A stretch of DNA of 64,000 nucleotides from Folioceros fuciformis (Eukaryota), in assembly GCA_049999805.1 (NCBI GenBank), contig JBNGIO010005880.1:45391-109390 (forward strand), in the 5' to 3' direction. How positions within the stretch are numbered: position 1 is the stretch's first letter; every line of letters begins with the position of its first letter. Made by a program: the position numbers and the translations under genes. The notes beneath the pieces were generated by a model, which saw only the letters and a list, made by a program, of their open reading frames with translations, was not told the DNA's origin and made no database searches. Below are positions 12,445 to 26,039 of this stretch, in pieces.

Positions 12445-15400
12445 TCACATCATTTCGTGATATCTTGCGAGGGCCTTCTTTTGGATTACGATTCGATAGC
12501 TGTCCCCCGGCTGAGTTTCAAACCGGGCATCGACTTTTCGCTGCTGTGCTTGACTACCTAGGCCTGCTCTCTCCCCCGATACCTGGGCCTGGACAGGCTC
12601 AACAATCCCAGTTCCTTCTTTCCCAAGGCCCTGCGGCAGACAACAAGCAGCTTTGAGCTATTTGCTAGATTTCTTGCCAAGGTGGAACACTTGTCAGCCA
12701 GTGTTAATGCAGAGGAAGCACCTCCATCCATACAAGTCCTCTAGGCTTCACAATTCTGACACATTATCTGTTCATACGCACCGAGCCTTCTTGCCAACCC
12801 ATGTTGCGAAGCATCCGGTTTCCGACATTCCTCTCATCAATCGCTCTCTCACCCGTAATGACCTCAAACGACTCTGCTTCTGGACCAGCTAATACTGGCC
12901 CCGAGCCAGCCCCAAGTGCTTTGGCTCCCACCCCTGGAGGAAAAGGCATGTCCAATCCTCGAGATCCTCCCACACCCCTGCTTCCAACACCTGGTGGGAA
13001 AGGCATCTCCCGACCTTCACAGTCACAAAGGCAGCATCAGAACACAATTCCAGCAATAACCCAGTTCAGGCAAGAGCGTTCCTAACATTAATCATACCTT
13101 TTTCCTTGATGTCATTATCTACTGCCAAATCACCGGGCAATGAATGGCCGTGCAGGTTTCGCCTTTCTGCTGCTCGGTCTCTATACCCTGATTGAGGGGT
13201 CTCTGAGAACCTTCGTTTTGTGCCAGCCATAGGGCCATATGACCCTAAAGCTGAAGCATCTGTCCTGAATGGAGGTGCTGTGCTTATTTCTGCACATACA
13301 GACACTGAAGGTAAGACTGAGGCAGAAGGGACGCTTGGGGCATAAGGAAGGCTTGAGGTTGAAGGGAGGCTTGAGCCAACTCCCAGGCCAGTACCAGCAC
13401 CTCTCCCTGCTCCTTTACCCATTCCTGATCCTGCAACCCCAGGGGAGTTGACTTGTCTGGGCCTCACGGCACTATCCGCAGAATGAAGATTTCCACCAAA
13501 GACATTCCCTGCCCCACGGCCCAGAGTGCTCATGCCACGTCCTACAGACTCTTTGTAGGTGATGTCAGCCTTAAATCTCGTTGCACTCATTTGGCTTGAA
13601 GTGGCCACTGTCGAGGAATTCTGAGAAAATTTGTCACTTGAGTTCACTGCACCAGTAGCAGAATCCTCAGGGACTGTCAAGCCTGCCTGCCCCTCATGCT
13701 GGCGCTGCTTCCACAGGGACAGAGACGAGGTTATCTTTTTCTTGCTGCCCATCACAGGACCTTTGCCAAGCCGAGCCTCCCGCTCTCTCTCCTTCATTTT
13801 CTCTTTTTCCTTCTTCACAGCAGCCTGTGCAGCAGCAGCAGCTGCTGCAACCTGCTCTGCAAGAGAGTGCTTCTTTTCTACACCTGTGTCTGGATCAACT
13901 AAATTAGTAGATGGGGGAGCAGAAATGACAGCCTTAGAGTGAACCTCTGCTGAGGCGTCACCACCCTTGTCATTCCCCACTGCTTTCACAGGATCTTTCA
14001 CTACCGAGTTGTCAACAGTCGGCTCGATGTAAGGTGTATATTGCTGAGTCTCTTGATCATACGTATACCAGACACCATTGTTACCATCATAGTACAAACC
14101 TGGAAACAGAGAAGTCACAAACGTGACAAGCAAAATCAAAATACACTACACGGAACCCGGATGAAAACACAAGATATGTCATCGATACATACACGACATG
14201 ACCATAAACACATCCTATGATCTACAGTCCTACCTCGGTGTCCATCGTAGTAGAATCCTGACGCAGAATCATAATAGTAGCCAGAAGCTTCATCCCAGAC
14301 AAAACCAGACTGGGGAGCCCTACTGCCTCCAGTGGAGGCTTGATCCGATACAGAGGCTTCACTTCCAACCACGTGCTGTGTGGTTTGACCTAACCTATCT
14401 CTCCCACCCATACCATTCTTGGTGTGGAAACTGTTGCCTGAGGCAAGCATACCAGATAGTGCACCACGTCCAGTGTCTTGGTCTGGATTGTATTCCTTCG
14501 GAGCCCAGCCAACTGAATCATACTGCACAAACATGTTCTGTTCCAGTGAGTGCCCAACACAGCTGGTTTGATAAATAGAAGGCCTTCCGAAACGGGGAAC
14601 ATGAAAGAGGACTCCCCGCCAGAAAGAATGAATGAAGAAACAAAACCTGCTGAGCAAAAGTTGCAGCTTCAATAGCAGCAGCTGCAGCTAGGCTGCACTG
14701 TGAGCCATGAATGCTCTTGGCAAAAGCTACCCTCAAACACTGTCCATTTTTTTCAAGTGCAGTCCCGTTTGTAGCCCCCAATGCCTTCGTAGCATCTTCT
14801 ATCTGTGTAGGAAAGGAGAATACACAGCTTGAACTTGCGCTTCATGATCAGGGATAAGGATCAAGCGCGGGCCTTCCTCTTTTCCTTCTAAACGAGCATA
14901 TACCACCCGATCAAGCAAAACATACCGAGTGAAAATGGACAAACGCAAAACCTTTCGACACATGGGTGAACTTGTCACGGACAAGGCGCAGATCCTGGAA
15001 CTCAACAAAATACAAATGTCAGGCGTAATCTGGAATCATTTTTGGAAAATCACAATCTGATGGGTGCTTACCTTTACATCTTACTCAGCAAACAAGCAAA
15101 GCATGCGCTCTCACAACATAGAAAAAGTAAACCTTACCTTTATTGGAGCATACTTTGAGAACTCATAATGCAGGGTTTCTTCATTGACACTTTCATCCAA
15201 ACCTCGTACAACCAGAACATGCGTTGGCCCTGCTCGACAATAATTGTTCAGCAAAACAATCGAGGACACCCTTCCCCCAATGAACACACACAGACCATCA
15301 GTGTTCAGAACCGTCACCTGCTTCAGCTCGCCTCAAAAAAGAGGCAGGGCCTGCAGATCCCAGATCAACCACTAAGGAGTCCTCAGACCGCCCCTCATTG

Positions 15401-17442
15401 CACTGTAGGCACATGACAATTCGGTCAGAAGAAATACTTCCCAAGATGACGCTCCTAAATTGAAGAACTAGAGGCACACCTGGAAGCACAATGTTCGACG
15501 TGCAAAGTTCACACATCCACAGACAGCACACATCCAATCAGTTACAGCTGAGCTTCCAGTTCGGCTAGAAAAACCGGCACCCACTTGTGGTGCTCCTGCA
15601 CCTCCAGTTGGTTTGCTACTGCAACAACACGTTGTAAACCTTAGCCCCAATCCGAGTAAGTGAATTGCCCCTGGGCATCTTAACTCTGGGCTACAATAGC
15701 TTAAGACAAACTGCCCAAGCCCTGATACTGATCTGCCAGTTCACCAGGGAATAACACACAACCATCACCAACAAACCTGTATTCAAAGAAGAGGCGTCGA
15801 CCGTCTACAACCAGCCCATCCCATCCAGCAGTATCCATCATCTTCTGGGCGGCCTCCTGGAAACCACCATACCAATGTCACCAGTTAGAACATCCGTCCC
15901 CAAGACAGCACTGGACAAAGCAGTGAAAGCAGACAGGTCCTACAACTTACCACAGAGTGAAAATCCACGAAGGCAAAACCCCTGGAAGCACCTGAGCTTC
16001 TCTCCTTTATTACTCTTACATGCCTCAAAGGACCAAAGTCAGCCTGTGAAGATGAAGCAAACCAATCCAAATATAGGCACTTCATAAGTTTTCGGGGAAG
16101 CATGTCTTGAACACATCCACGAATATCTCCTCGGTTCTCAGACCATGAACTGGAAGGGAATGGTCAGTCTCGAATCTAAAAGCGCGAGGACCACATACCA
16201 GAGCTTTGTACAGGTCATCTTCAACGATTTTTTGCGAAAGACCCTTCACCACGAGGGTCGCGGATGGAGCCTACAAATTCGAGTTTACACACAACCGAAG
16301 GTAATGGTCAAGCAACGAAAAGAAAACGAGAAGCTTGTACAATAAATGCCTGCCCAGCAGAAGGAGATCACTCCAAAAAACACTTGCTGGATCTCCAAAC
16401 TTCCAAAAAGAGTCATGCTCACCAAGGAAGCTCGATCCTGATACCGCACCAGATCACGATCTCTCCGCTTCTCAGCCCTCCCTTCGTGACGGGCATCCTC
16501 ATAACTGTCCTCCCGCCAGCTCCTGCTGTGCGTCCGAGGAGATCGCGATCTGCGCCCATCATGGCTAAACGATCGCGACCTATCCCGGCGCCGCTCTCTC
16601 TCAGGGCTGCAATCCCGTTCCCTGCTTCTGCTCCTCTCCCAATCCCTGTCTCTCCGCCTTCGCCAATCCCTTTCCCTCCTACCCCTCTCCCTGTCAGAGT
16701 CGTAGTCCCGGTGCCTGGAATACTCATGGTCCCCATCCCGGCTCCCCTCCCGACTACCTCTCAAACCCTTCCGATTGCTGTTGTACTCATAGTCGTCCCC
16801 ATCGAAACTATCTCGATCCCTGCTACTGTGCCTGCCAGCGGGTCTCTCATACCCGTAATCCCGATACCCTTCCACAAAGCCCGCCTTGTCGTGCCTCTGC
16901 GCCTCTCTAAGGAGAGCTATATCCTCCTCCAGCGAACGCCTCTGCACCGGTGGCCAAAGTGCCGCGAAATTCTGTGCCCCCATGGGAAAGCCGTCCCGCT
17001 CAAGAAGGACGTCCCTCTCAAAATGCGCTCTGGGATACGAGCTGTCGCGAGTCGCAAAGCCACCGTCCACTCTGGAAAATCCAGCTTCCCCTCTAGCGTA
17101 GCCAGTGTCCCCTCTAGAGTAGGCAGAAGCAGCAGCGGCATCTCCCCGCATGTAACTACTCTCTCCTCTGGGATACCCACCAGAGTCCCCCCGCTGGTAG
17201 CCAGCATCCCGCGCAAAAACTCCATCGACGAAAGCTCTGCCACCATAGGCTCCCCCATTTCTATCACAGCAACGAGAGGGGGTGAGAAATTGGTAGAAGT
17301 CCATAACTTCAACTCAAGAAGACACATCAGTTGGCCTGCGAACATACAAGCCTCCTCTGAACCCAAAGCCCTCGCAGTCTAGGTATGGCCCCAGGGAATC
17401 GTAGTCGCCGCTGCCTACCACGCGCGCATCCGCCTCGCTCAT
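12445..17442 (-). CDS. SUA: SUPPRESSOR OF ABI3-5 / RBM5-RBM10-like splicing factor (RS-rich, RRM, RanBP2 zinc finger, RRM, OCRE, G-patch); multi-exon
   Basis: RD/RS-rich N-terminus, RRM SRGFAFVDF, zinc finger DWMCAVCGCVNFARRTLCFQC, second RRM THVLVVRGLDE, OCRE GFVWDEASGYYYDSASGFYYD, G-patch NVGNRMLRNMGWQEGS|GLGKEGTG, ending KKALARYHEMM*. The start is inferred from in-frame splicing of an ATG at 17442. Confidence 0.9.
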
Positions 17443-17749
17443 AATTCTTCAGCATCATCTTTCCCCGGGTTTCGCCGCTAGGGCTTGATGCATGTCTCCG
17501 CGACCTGGAGTTGCCATGCCATCCAAACTCCCCCCTAGGGTTATAGCTACGCCAGTCCGCTCTTTATCACCTACGATCCGCTCGATACCTTCCTGCCGCC
17601 GAGTACATATAGCTGCTAGCCGGATCTAAGACGACAGGTTCTCACGGGGAAGTTACTTTGTCTTTCTTATCGCTAATAATTCTATTCTATCATCTATATC
17701 ATAGTCTACTTAGCTGGGCGTGTATTAGATAATGGAGACTTTATCATGG

Positions 17750-20700
17750 AAGAAGAGACATAAGAGAGAGTCTACCGCATGCAGTAACTTTAAGTAGAGT
17801 AGTTCTTGTCTTCAAAGATAGAGAGGCCTTAACAAGTCTTATGGAGGCATGTAGAAGAAAAACTTGCTCCTCAATGTCTTCAACGAATACCTCTAAGATA
17901 TGCAAGTCCAAAATTAGGAAATGTGAGGATAAGATGGCGATAAAAATATGGGTCATCTTCTTAGGAAAGCCATTAGTGTTAAAGTTTTCAAGCTAATAGA
18001 CTAATGCCCCCGGAAGTAATACAAAGGCATGCATGTCTCTTGGCCAAGTCACTAACTACTTAGTCAAAAGTGTATGGGCCAATGATGTCCCTGAACATGA
18101 AACAAAATTTCTTGGATTGGAACTAGTTCGAATCTATATCTAGTCACTAAACTGAAGCTTCATGAGCATTCCAAACTCATTGGTGCCTTTCATGACTACA
18201 ATGTGGCCAATTGTGAATTAGGGCATGCATGCAAAATGGGTGGCCGCAGGTGTAGGTGAAGTTAAGGTGTTGGGGCAAGGCAATTAAGGCTTCTACGTTT
18301 GAATAGATGTTTAAGCATTATTGTTTAATGCAAATTAGCACAAGTCTTGTTCCTCCTATTTTTTTTCATGGAAAAAAGTTTGAAGTATGATAGCTTTGGC
18401 TGCTTATATGATTACAGGGATAAAAACAAGGAGCAAGCACAAGATGCCTCCTTGAGAAACACACGCTAATCCAATACTACCTGACTGAGCTCTTAAGGCT
18501 CTGAAAGCAAGCAGAACCTCGCACAGTCAAGAGGCCTCTACTCTGAAAACGGAAATAAGAAGAAAAAGCTACCCTCTCTAATAGAACGAGTGATTCCACC
18601 TTATTTCCCGGCCTATGGCAAGGAAGCCAACTTGTCTCCACTCCCTGCACTTGAACTTCCTCAGGGACGCTCATCTTATGTCCTCTGCCATAACGCTCAT
18701 CTTATGTCCTCTGCCATAATCAAAAATTGTTCCTAGATCTTCTAGGGCAAGGCCTTTACTATTAGTGGTCTTGTTCCTTGCATTGAGTGTGCGAGGTTGC
18801 ATTCGAGTAGCAAGAGGGGTGCTTAGTGATAGTGGTGTTCATGGTGATGGTAGCGATGTATATAGACTTTGAGAATGCTTGGGGCATGTGTTGCCTTTGC
18901 CACTAGCATCTCTTGGTAAAGCTCCAAGTTGTGAGCTAGCAAAAGCCCAAGCGTTAGTGGGCAAAATATGACTTTGCAAAGAGGGCACAAAAGACTGAGC
19001 AATTGGAGGGGGAGGATGAATGGAACACAGATACCGAACTAGACCTAGATGTAGAGGACTTGGAGGGACCAGAGGTTGTGAAAGGGGAAGACGAGGTGAG
19101 CAGGAAGGCATGGAGAGGGATGTCAAGGTTAGTGAAAACCCGCTATGCATGGCTCTTATGTATGACAAGGTGGTCAATCAGCTGTGTTTGTGTAGCTGGT
19201 AAGGTGGGAAAGTAGCAAGTTCGAGTAGTAGGAAGGAGAGGATGATTTCGAGTGGAATGAAGCATTTGGCCTCCCATAGCAGGAGGCTGAGGTGGGAAGA
19301 GTGCTCGGTAGCCAAGTGTTTGGCCACTGAGGGGACAGCACCAGGCATTGCTAGGGGTAGTCGCACACCTGGAGAGGCTAGAGCCTTATCAATAATGGGC
19401 TAGATGTGGGTGGAGAGTGGAGACACTAGATGCATTCGAGATAGGGCTACAAGGTTGGAATCAACTTTCCATGCAAATATGATAGTTGCTAGTCGGCATG
19501 TGTTCTTACCTATATTTGGTCGAAATGGACTTGAACTAGATGATTGACTTCATAGATAACGTGACACTTTTGCGAGCGTTGGTGCGAGTGTGTACAGTGT
19601 CATGGGTGTTAGGAGAAGTGGATATAGATCTTTATCCATAGGATTGTGGGAGGGAGGGGGCTCGAAGGCGAGAGCAGGGGATGTGCCCCATAGCACTTGG
19701 GGGCATTGTCGATCCAATAATAAAGCTTCGGAGTATCCTCTGATAGTGCACCGGACATGATTCCGGAGTAAGTAAGTTTTTTTTGTATTTAGCGAAGTCG
19801 AGACGACCGGAGGAAAACGCTTGCCGAACCTTAGTGAATGGACTAATAGTCGTTCGGACAAGACCAAGGCAAGTACTCTGGCAACATGCAGATGGTGGGG
19901 CGTAATCGTCCCGAGCGGTTGCAGTCGTGCCGAGTCAGCCATTGTAAAGTCTTACGCTTGAGAAAATCAGCCTTACGCTCCACTCATCGCCCCCTCTCCT
20001 TGCCTCGCCGTCCCACCTTCTTCCTCTCAACGAGTTTTTGCCTCCTAGTTTTCTTGTTCCGACTACCGTTTCTCTAATCTTGGGCAAGCCGACTCAAGCG
20101 TCTCCAACAACAGGATCTACACATCCACACTCCTTCTCCTTCGACACCAAGATCGCGCTCACGACCATGTCTCCAGGATACTTTCTTGAGGCCGGCAACC
20201 CCTGGCGCATCAACGCAAAACAGGTCCAGACACGGGCGTATCCCAGTTTCGCTCCGTGGATCACCACCGCCGATGATTTGATGGAGCCTGGGAGCTAGGA
20301 CTGTTTCAGTTTCCTTGGGCTATCAATTCCACAACCATCGTCTTGGAATTTGCCCGAACTATGCTGCGGTGCGCTTGAGGGAAAGTGGCCTCCGAGAAAG
20401 TACGAGACAACCCCACGTTGTGGACAGTACAAGTGATGAGGGAAATCTACCAACGACCTGCGGAGAAACGCAGAGGACTCTACCTCAACTCCCAACGGAA
20501 TAAGGAGTTCGTGAAGGAAGCCGCAACTGCACTCCTGGCAACAAACTCTACCAAGACCACCAATGGGTGGTTAATCCACGACTTAAAGGATCCTCGCATT
20601 CGAGGTGTGGCGCGTCTAATAGTGAACTAGTTGTTGGTCACCAAAACAGATCACATCACTGATGGGGTGTTGCTGCTGCTTTACAAACTAGCGAAGGGTA

Positions 20701-23700
20701 CCCCGATGGATTGGGGGAAAGTGGTAGCCCATCGGATTCAGTCTAATGTCCACAAGCTCAGGTAGGAGAAGCCTCCGCCCTCCGAGTTGGCGCCCTTTCT
20801 TTTCCACATTTGGGATCACTACAAAGTCCTGACGAACTTGGAAAGGGCGGCTCTTGCTAGGGTACCACTAGCCTCGACTACTTCATCTCCCTCCTTGGCA
20901 CCTGCTCCTCGGAAGAAGATGGCCACCCTAGTGGCGCAGCCCAAGGCTCTCCCCAGCACACCAGTCCCCCTGCCAGTATCAGGGCTATCGAAGGATAGCA
21001 ACCGAGTAGCTCCAGCATCTCCTTTTATGACTCCAGCACCCAACTCTCCTCCTTTGAAGTGAAAAGCGAACACTCCACCAACTCCAGCACTCTTGGCCAA
21101 GCGACGCGCTATCTGGGCGATGTCTATGGCAGGCTAGAGGTTTCCTATTTGGAGTGCTCCACCCCCACCAAGTTCATAGCCAAAGGACTTCCTACCTACC
21201 ATCGTAGGAGCAACAAAACCGCCCAGGACGCGAGAGGCACTTGACAAGATGGAGTTGGTCTGGCTAGCAGCCCAACTCAATTATAACGAGAAGCATGGAA
21301 TTGGGCCGTCCAGAGTGACACGGCCCCCTTTGCCGCATGGGAGAAAGAAAGGTCGAGGGCCTTGCTCTCCCAATCAGCCGCTCACTGGAGTAGTTCTGAC
21401 TCGTGCTCCTCAACTAGCCCAAGAGGAAATCGACTAGCGGAAGGCTTTACCAAGGTCAATCGTGCTGGAGGACCTTATCAAAGGAGGGATTACGGACCCT
21501 CATGCCATGAGGAGGGCGATTTGGACAACTTTTGGACGGACTCCCCTACCTCCCAATTACTGCTTCTTTACCAAAGCAACCGCAGAAGGGGCGACGCAAG
21601 CGGCCCAAGGTATCATCACCAGTGTAGCGGAGGGGATGGCTTGGTCCTTTAGGTAGGTCGCGGCTAGGGAAGGGGAAAACATTGCCCTCCGAAGAAGGAT
21701 GACTGAGTTGGCAACTTAGCTATCCGCTTTAAAGGAAAACGTTACCGGGCACACCGCCGGACTCCAGGAGGACTCCGAGAAATATCGACGAGAGCGAGAT
21801 CAGTGCTGATAGGAGCTTGAGGAACTCCAAGTGCAAGTTGCCAACTAGACGGCCAACCTGGAGAGGTAGTGGGGAGAGGTGCAAGAGGAGAACGTCTGAG
21901 CACAAGTAGTGATGGAGACCATCCACACGAAGGAGCGACAATCTTGGAGGAAGAGGGAGCTCAACATCCAAGAGGCTTGCAAACGGCATACGACGGATCG
22001 CGATAGGTACCGGAGAGAGCGGAACCAAGCCTTCGAGGCTGAAAAAGAAGCAATCCGAAAGGTAGCTGAGTTAGCTCAACAGCTGGAAGAGATGAAGGTC
22101 AAGCTCAGGGAGGGCTGCCCAAAAGGAAATTCGGACTCTCAAAGTGCACCTGGTCCAGATGCAGGAGAGTATGAGGACTCATGGGGATATGTGGGATGGA
22201 GAGTAGAAGGCACTGTTGAACCAGTCCAATACATTGCGGGCTCAGGTGCAAGATTTGGAGGCACGGCTCACGAAATTCGAAGCGCGGGAAGAACAGCAAG
22301 AGGTGGCCCTTGTCTAGGAGCAGACATAAGTTGTCGCCAACCTCCGCCTGCGAGAATCAGCCACCTCCACTTTGGTGGCTCTCGAGGAACTCCGACGTTA
22401 TGTGGCCTTGGCCACAGCGCAACATGCCGACCTTCTGGAAGCCAGATGGCGACTGGAGTATCGAACCCTTCAGAGGATGGTGGTGGACACAATCCAACAA
22501 CTAGATGACAGCCATGCCTTCTTCCACAGTGAGATACTTTGGGTTCTAAACGAAACAGCAGAGCCCGTAGCAATTACAACGGAGCCAGACTTACCCTCCG
22601 GCGAGTGAACCGTCCCGGGCAATCCGACACTCCGGTCTCTCAGACCTCCTTCGTCAAATTTGCAGGGGCCTGAGGCAATCCATTCCCCTCTTAGGTAGGT
22701 ACCACCGAAAGCACCCCTACCAATTGATGTTTAGGGAACTCCCAAGGGACCCACCTCTCCCGCCAGATCCGTGGATGATGCTCCTTTGCCGGACCCCACC
22801 CCACCCACTCCACCGTCAACCCATTAAGGCTTGTGACAAGATCTAGCTGTCACACGATCCTCCCTAGGTACTCGTAGTTATGTGGCACTTAGCTTTCTTT
22901 TTACAGTCATGCATGCCGTCCGGACTTGGGATCCAGTGATGTATAAGTATCCCCTGGTTGAGAACAATAGAGAGTGCGCTTGGGAATAACACTCCGCCAA
23001 CTCATCTGTTCTCGTCACCCGCTGGTCTCTCTTTTCTGACCCGTGTAGGTTTCTACCAGAGTTCGCGAGCAAGAGTGCAACCCGCTCCGGGGCATACAGC
23101 CTCGGCAAATGCTTAGAGGCATGCGAGTGAGAGACACAACCGGGAGGACTTCGACCGTGGAATTCGTGTAGCCTACGGTGGAAAGTTGACAAAGAGTCAA
23201 GGTGCTCGAGGACCGGACTCGGCAACCCTGACTATAGCGACCCAGACTAGGTGTTCCCATTTGGATATGGCGATTGTCCACGTTAGGACATCGGACTTCT
23301 GTTAGCGGATTGTTGCTCACATTTTGTATCCTACGGACCATTCTGCCAGTGCCCTCGCCCGCCCCGTTTTCTCGCCTAAGGAGCCTTGCCCGGCCTCCGG
23401 TCGAGAGGCCACACCGATGATCCGACCTGGGCAAAGCAAGGATCGATAGGCATGGATGAGAGACGGCGGGCAAGGTTCATAGACGCAATGAGCACAAGGT
23501 TGGACAATGCCTTCAATGGTTAAAGCAATAGAAGGATGTGCCTCGAGTAGTGAAAAGGGAATTGTGCGATGAGGTGTTAGACTTGTTTTTTGAGCTAGGA
23601 AGAGCGAGTGTGAGCAAGCTATTCTCACAAGTAACGCGCAGAAGGAACGCAAGGTGCATTGCAAACGTGAAGGTGGTCGTGTTAGAAGAGAGCTAGAAAG

Positions 23701-24215
23701 GTGCCTTGAATATAGACCATAGACCATGGAGAACAAATTACAAATGGTAAAACGATGCAGTCGGATGGGCACAAATGCAACTTCAATAGAATGGAGGATT
23801 TTTGACGAGCCAAGCCTAACAATTAAGGTAGCAAATGGTTAAGGGATGTAAGGATGAGATGTCGAACAGGTATGGGCCTTGAACCGAACAATAATAACGG
23901 GGCTTGGAGTTATGTGAGGTGGAAGGGGAGGAAGTATGTGTGATATAGAGAGAGAAGGAGGATGGGGCCAAACGTGGACCTTATTCAATGCACATATGAG
24001 GGAGTCGAGGTGAGATCCTTCCACTATGCATAGCATGGGAGTAAAATGTGTGGGCATGGAGAGCGACACACACACGAGACCCTTCAGACATAATGGAGTA
24101 ATAGGGAACTCTCAATGAGGGAGAGCAATGGCAATTGGAGGGGTGTAGGGGAGGCGACAAATAAAGATGGCGATGGAAAGGGCGTAGGGGATGTAGAGGA
24201 GGAGGCCTTAGATGT
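17750..24215. mobile_element. Decayed retrotransposon-like region, including a degenerate accessory/coiled-coil ORF on + (about 20168-22830)
   Basis: A long reading frame broken by in-frame TAG/TGA (e.g. RLIVN*LLVTKTDHIT...PMDWGKVVAHRI...KLR*EKPPPSELAPFLFHIW), then a coiled-coil stretch. No intron-exon structure. LTRs, RT and integrase not recognised. Confidence 0.55.
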
Positions 24216-24217
24216 CA

Positions 24218-24424
24218 GCTATGGAAACCCTCTGCCTAGAGCCGTGGAAACCCTCTGCCAAAAGCCGTAGAAACCCTCTGCCAAAAGCCGTAGAAACCCT
24301 CTGCCTAGAGTCGTGGAACTCCTCTGCCTAAAGCCGTGGAAACCCTCTGCCAAAAGTTGTGGAAATGCTTTACCAAAAGCCATGGAAACCTTATGCCCAA
24401 AGCCATGTAAACCCTCTACCGAAA
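24218..24424. repeat. 23-bp tandem repeat, 9 copies (gccgtggaaaccctctgccaaaa)
   Basis: Units counted directly; no spacers. Confidence 0.95.
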
Positions 24425-26039
24425 AATGCTACAATATATGAAAGAGGAAGACCAAGCCTATTTTTCCTATTGTGAACCATCTTTGACTTTGAAACCAACC
24501 ATTGTGTGCGAAAAAGGAAAAGTGTATATAAATAGTATAGTGCAATATAGTATATCAAGGTGTAGTATATCAATGGTTTATTTCCAGTATAGTATTATAA
24601 TATTATCAACACATGCTTGCAAAATATATTTTTAAATAAATATAATGGTCTATATTATTTTCAATCTTTATGTATGATGTATGCATGTAAGAGATGTAGG
24701 TATGGAAGGAGTAGATTGATGGTAGGAAAATTTGAAGTGTAAATTCAAAATTCAAATCTTGATTTCCAGTTCCAAATTTTAAATGTATGAATTCAAATTT
24801 CAAACCATAGCCATAAATGTAACAGGCACTTGAATTAACCAGAAAGCTGTGCACAACAATCAAGGTAAACCTGAGATAAGATAAGAGTTACCAAGCTAGG
24901 TATGGAACCTCCATAAGTGTAACATAAAATGTAGCAATCATCAATGTTAGACTTAAAGACACCTTAGTGGTTCTACTTTATCGAGAGTGCAATGTAATGT
25001 AACAAGGATGGGAGCACCACCTCAACCTAGTCCTCTACAAAAGTGCAACATCATGTAATAATGCATCATAACCAGTTCCTATCAAAATTGTAATAAACTG
25101 TTTCAAACTAATCCATCCTTGTGGTGGCTCATATCTACATCAACTGCTGAAGTAAAGAAGTGCATTCATAGCTTCTTAAGCATTTTAAGTCGAGCAACAA
25201 CAAGGTTTAGGAAATAAGATTTGTATCTTGCACTCTTAACATTATTTTTATTAGTATCATAAATAATAAATTTTATTAGACTATCCTTCACAATAACTCT
25301 ACGTTAAAATACATACCTTAGTTGTTATATTTTACAATAAAATTTTCACCAATAAAAAGATCACAACAGAAGTCTTTCTTAGTTTAGAGAAATTTCAGCA
25401 TATATTAAGTTTGTGGTGTTTTCATGGTTTGTAATTTGTTCCATTTCAAGGCAAGTATAACACCTCTTATTTGGGAGTACAAGACTTTATGAAACATATT
25501 TATGAACACAAGACTATAGTGATGAATGCAAAGTTCATTTTTAGTTCATTCTACACTATGGTCATATCACATCATTCCTATCATCTTCCATCCAAGACAT
25601 TAGTGTGTAGCATGCTAGTTTGTAGTTATCTTATCATTAAACTCACTTAAATTTTTTCTTGTTTCAAGCACATCTTTAATAGATATTCATAGTATACACA
25701 TTAGCTTGCCACATCCAAAAAGAAGGTCATGGCCGAGGACACAAAGCAATGAATGTAATTCAAGTTATAGTCCACTTTTAATGTTAAAGTATATCTTGTT
25801 CAAAAATATCATCACGTAGTTATGCATTATGTACATATCTAACAATACGTTATTCTAAAAAAAAATTCTAATCTCATATATTTCTTTAACTTTCCATTGT
25901 ACCTTATATAAAGATGATAAATTTTAAAAATATATCACAACATATCTAAATATCATATTAATTAGCATAACATATTCCCAAAAAAAAATCTCATCAAGAT
26001 TCAATGCAAAATTTTGGTATATGAATACACATCCAACAT

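Noticed and set aside
16264-17382. 372-aa Pro/Ile-rich ORF on +
   Set aside because: Antisense shadow of the RD/RS-rich SUA exon.
18667-18718. 26-bp perfect tandem duplication (similar small duplications at about 3241-3310 and 36026-36125)
   Set aside because: Ordinary slippage-type duplications with no evident function.
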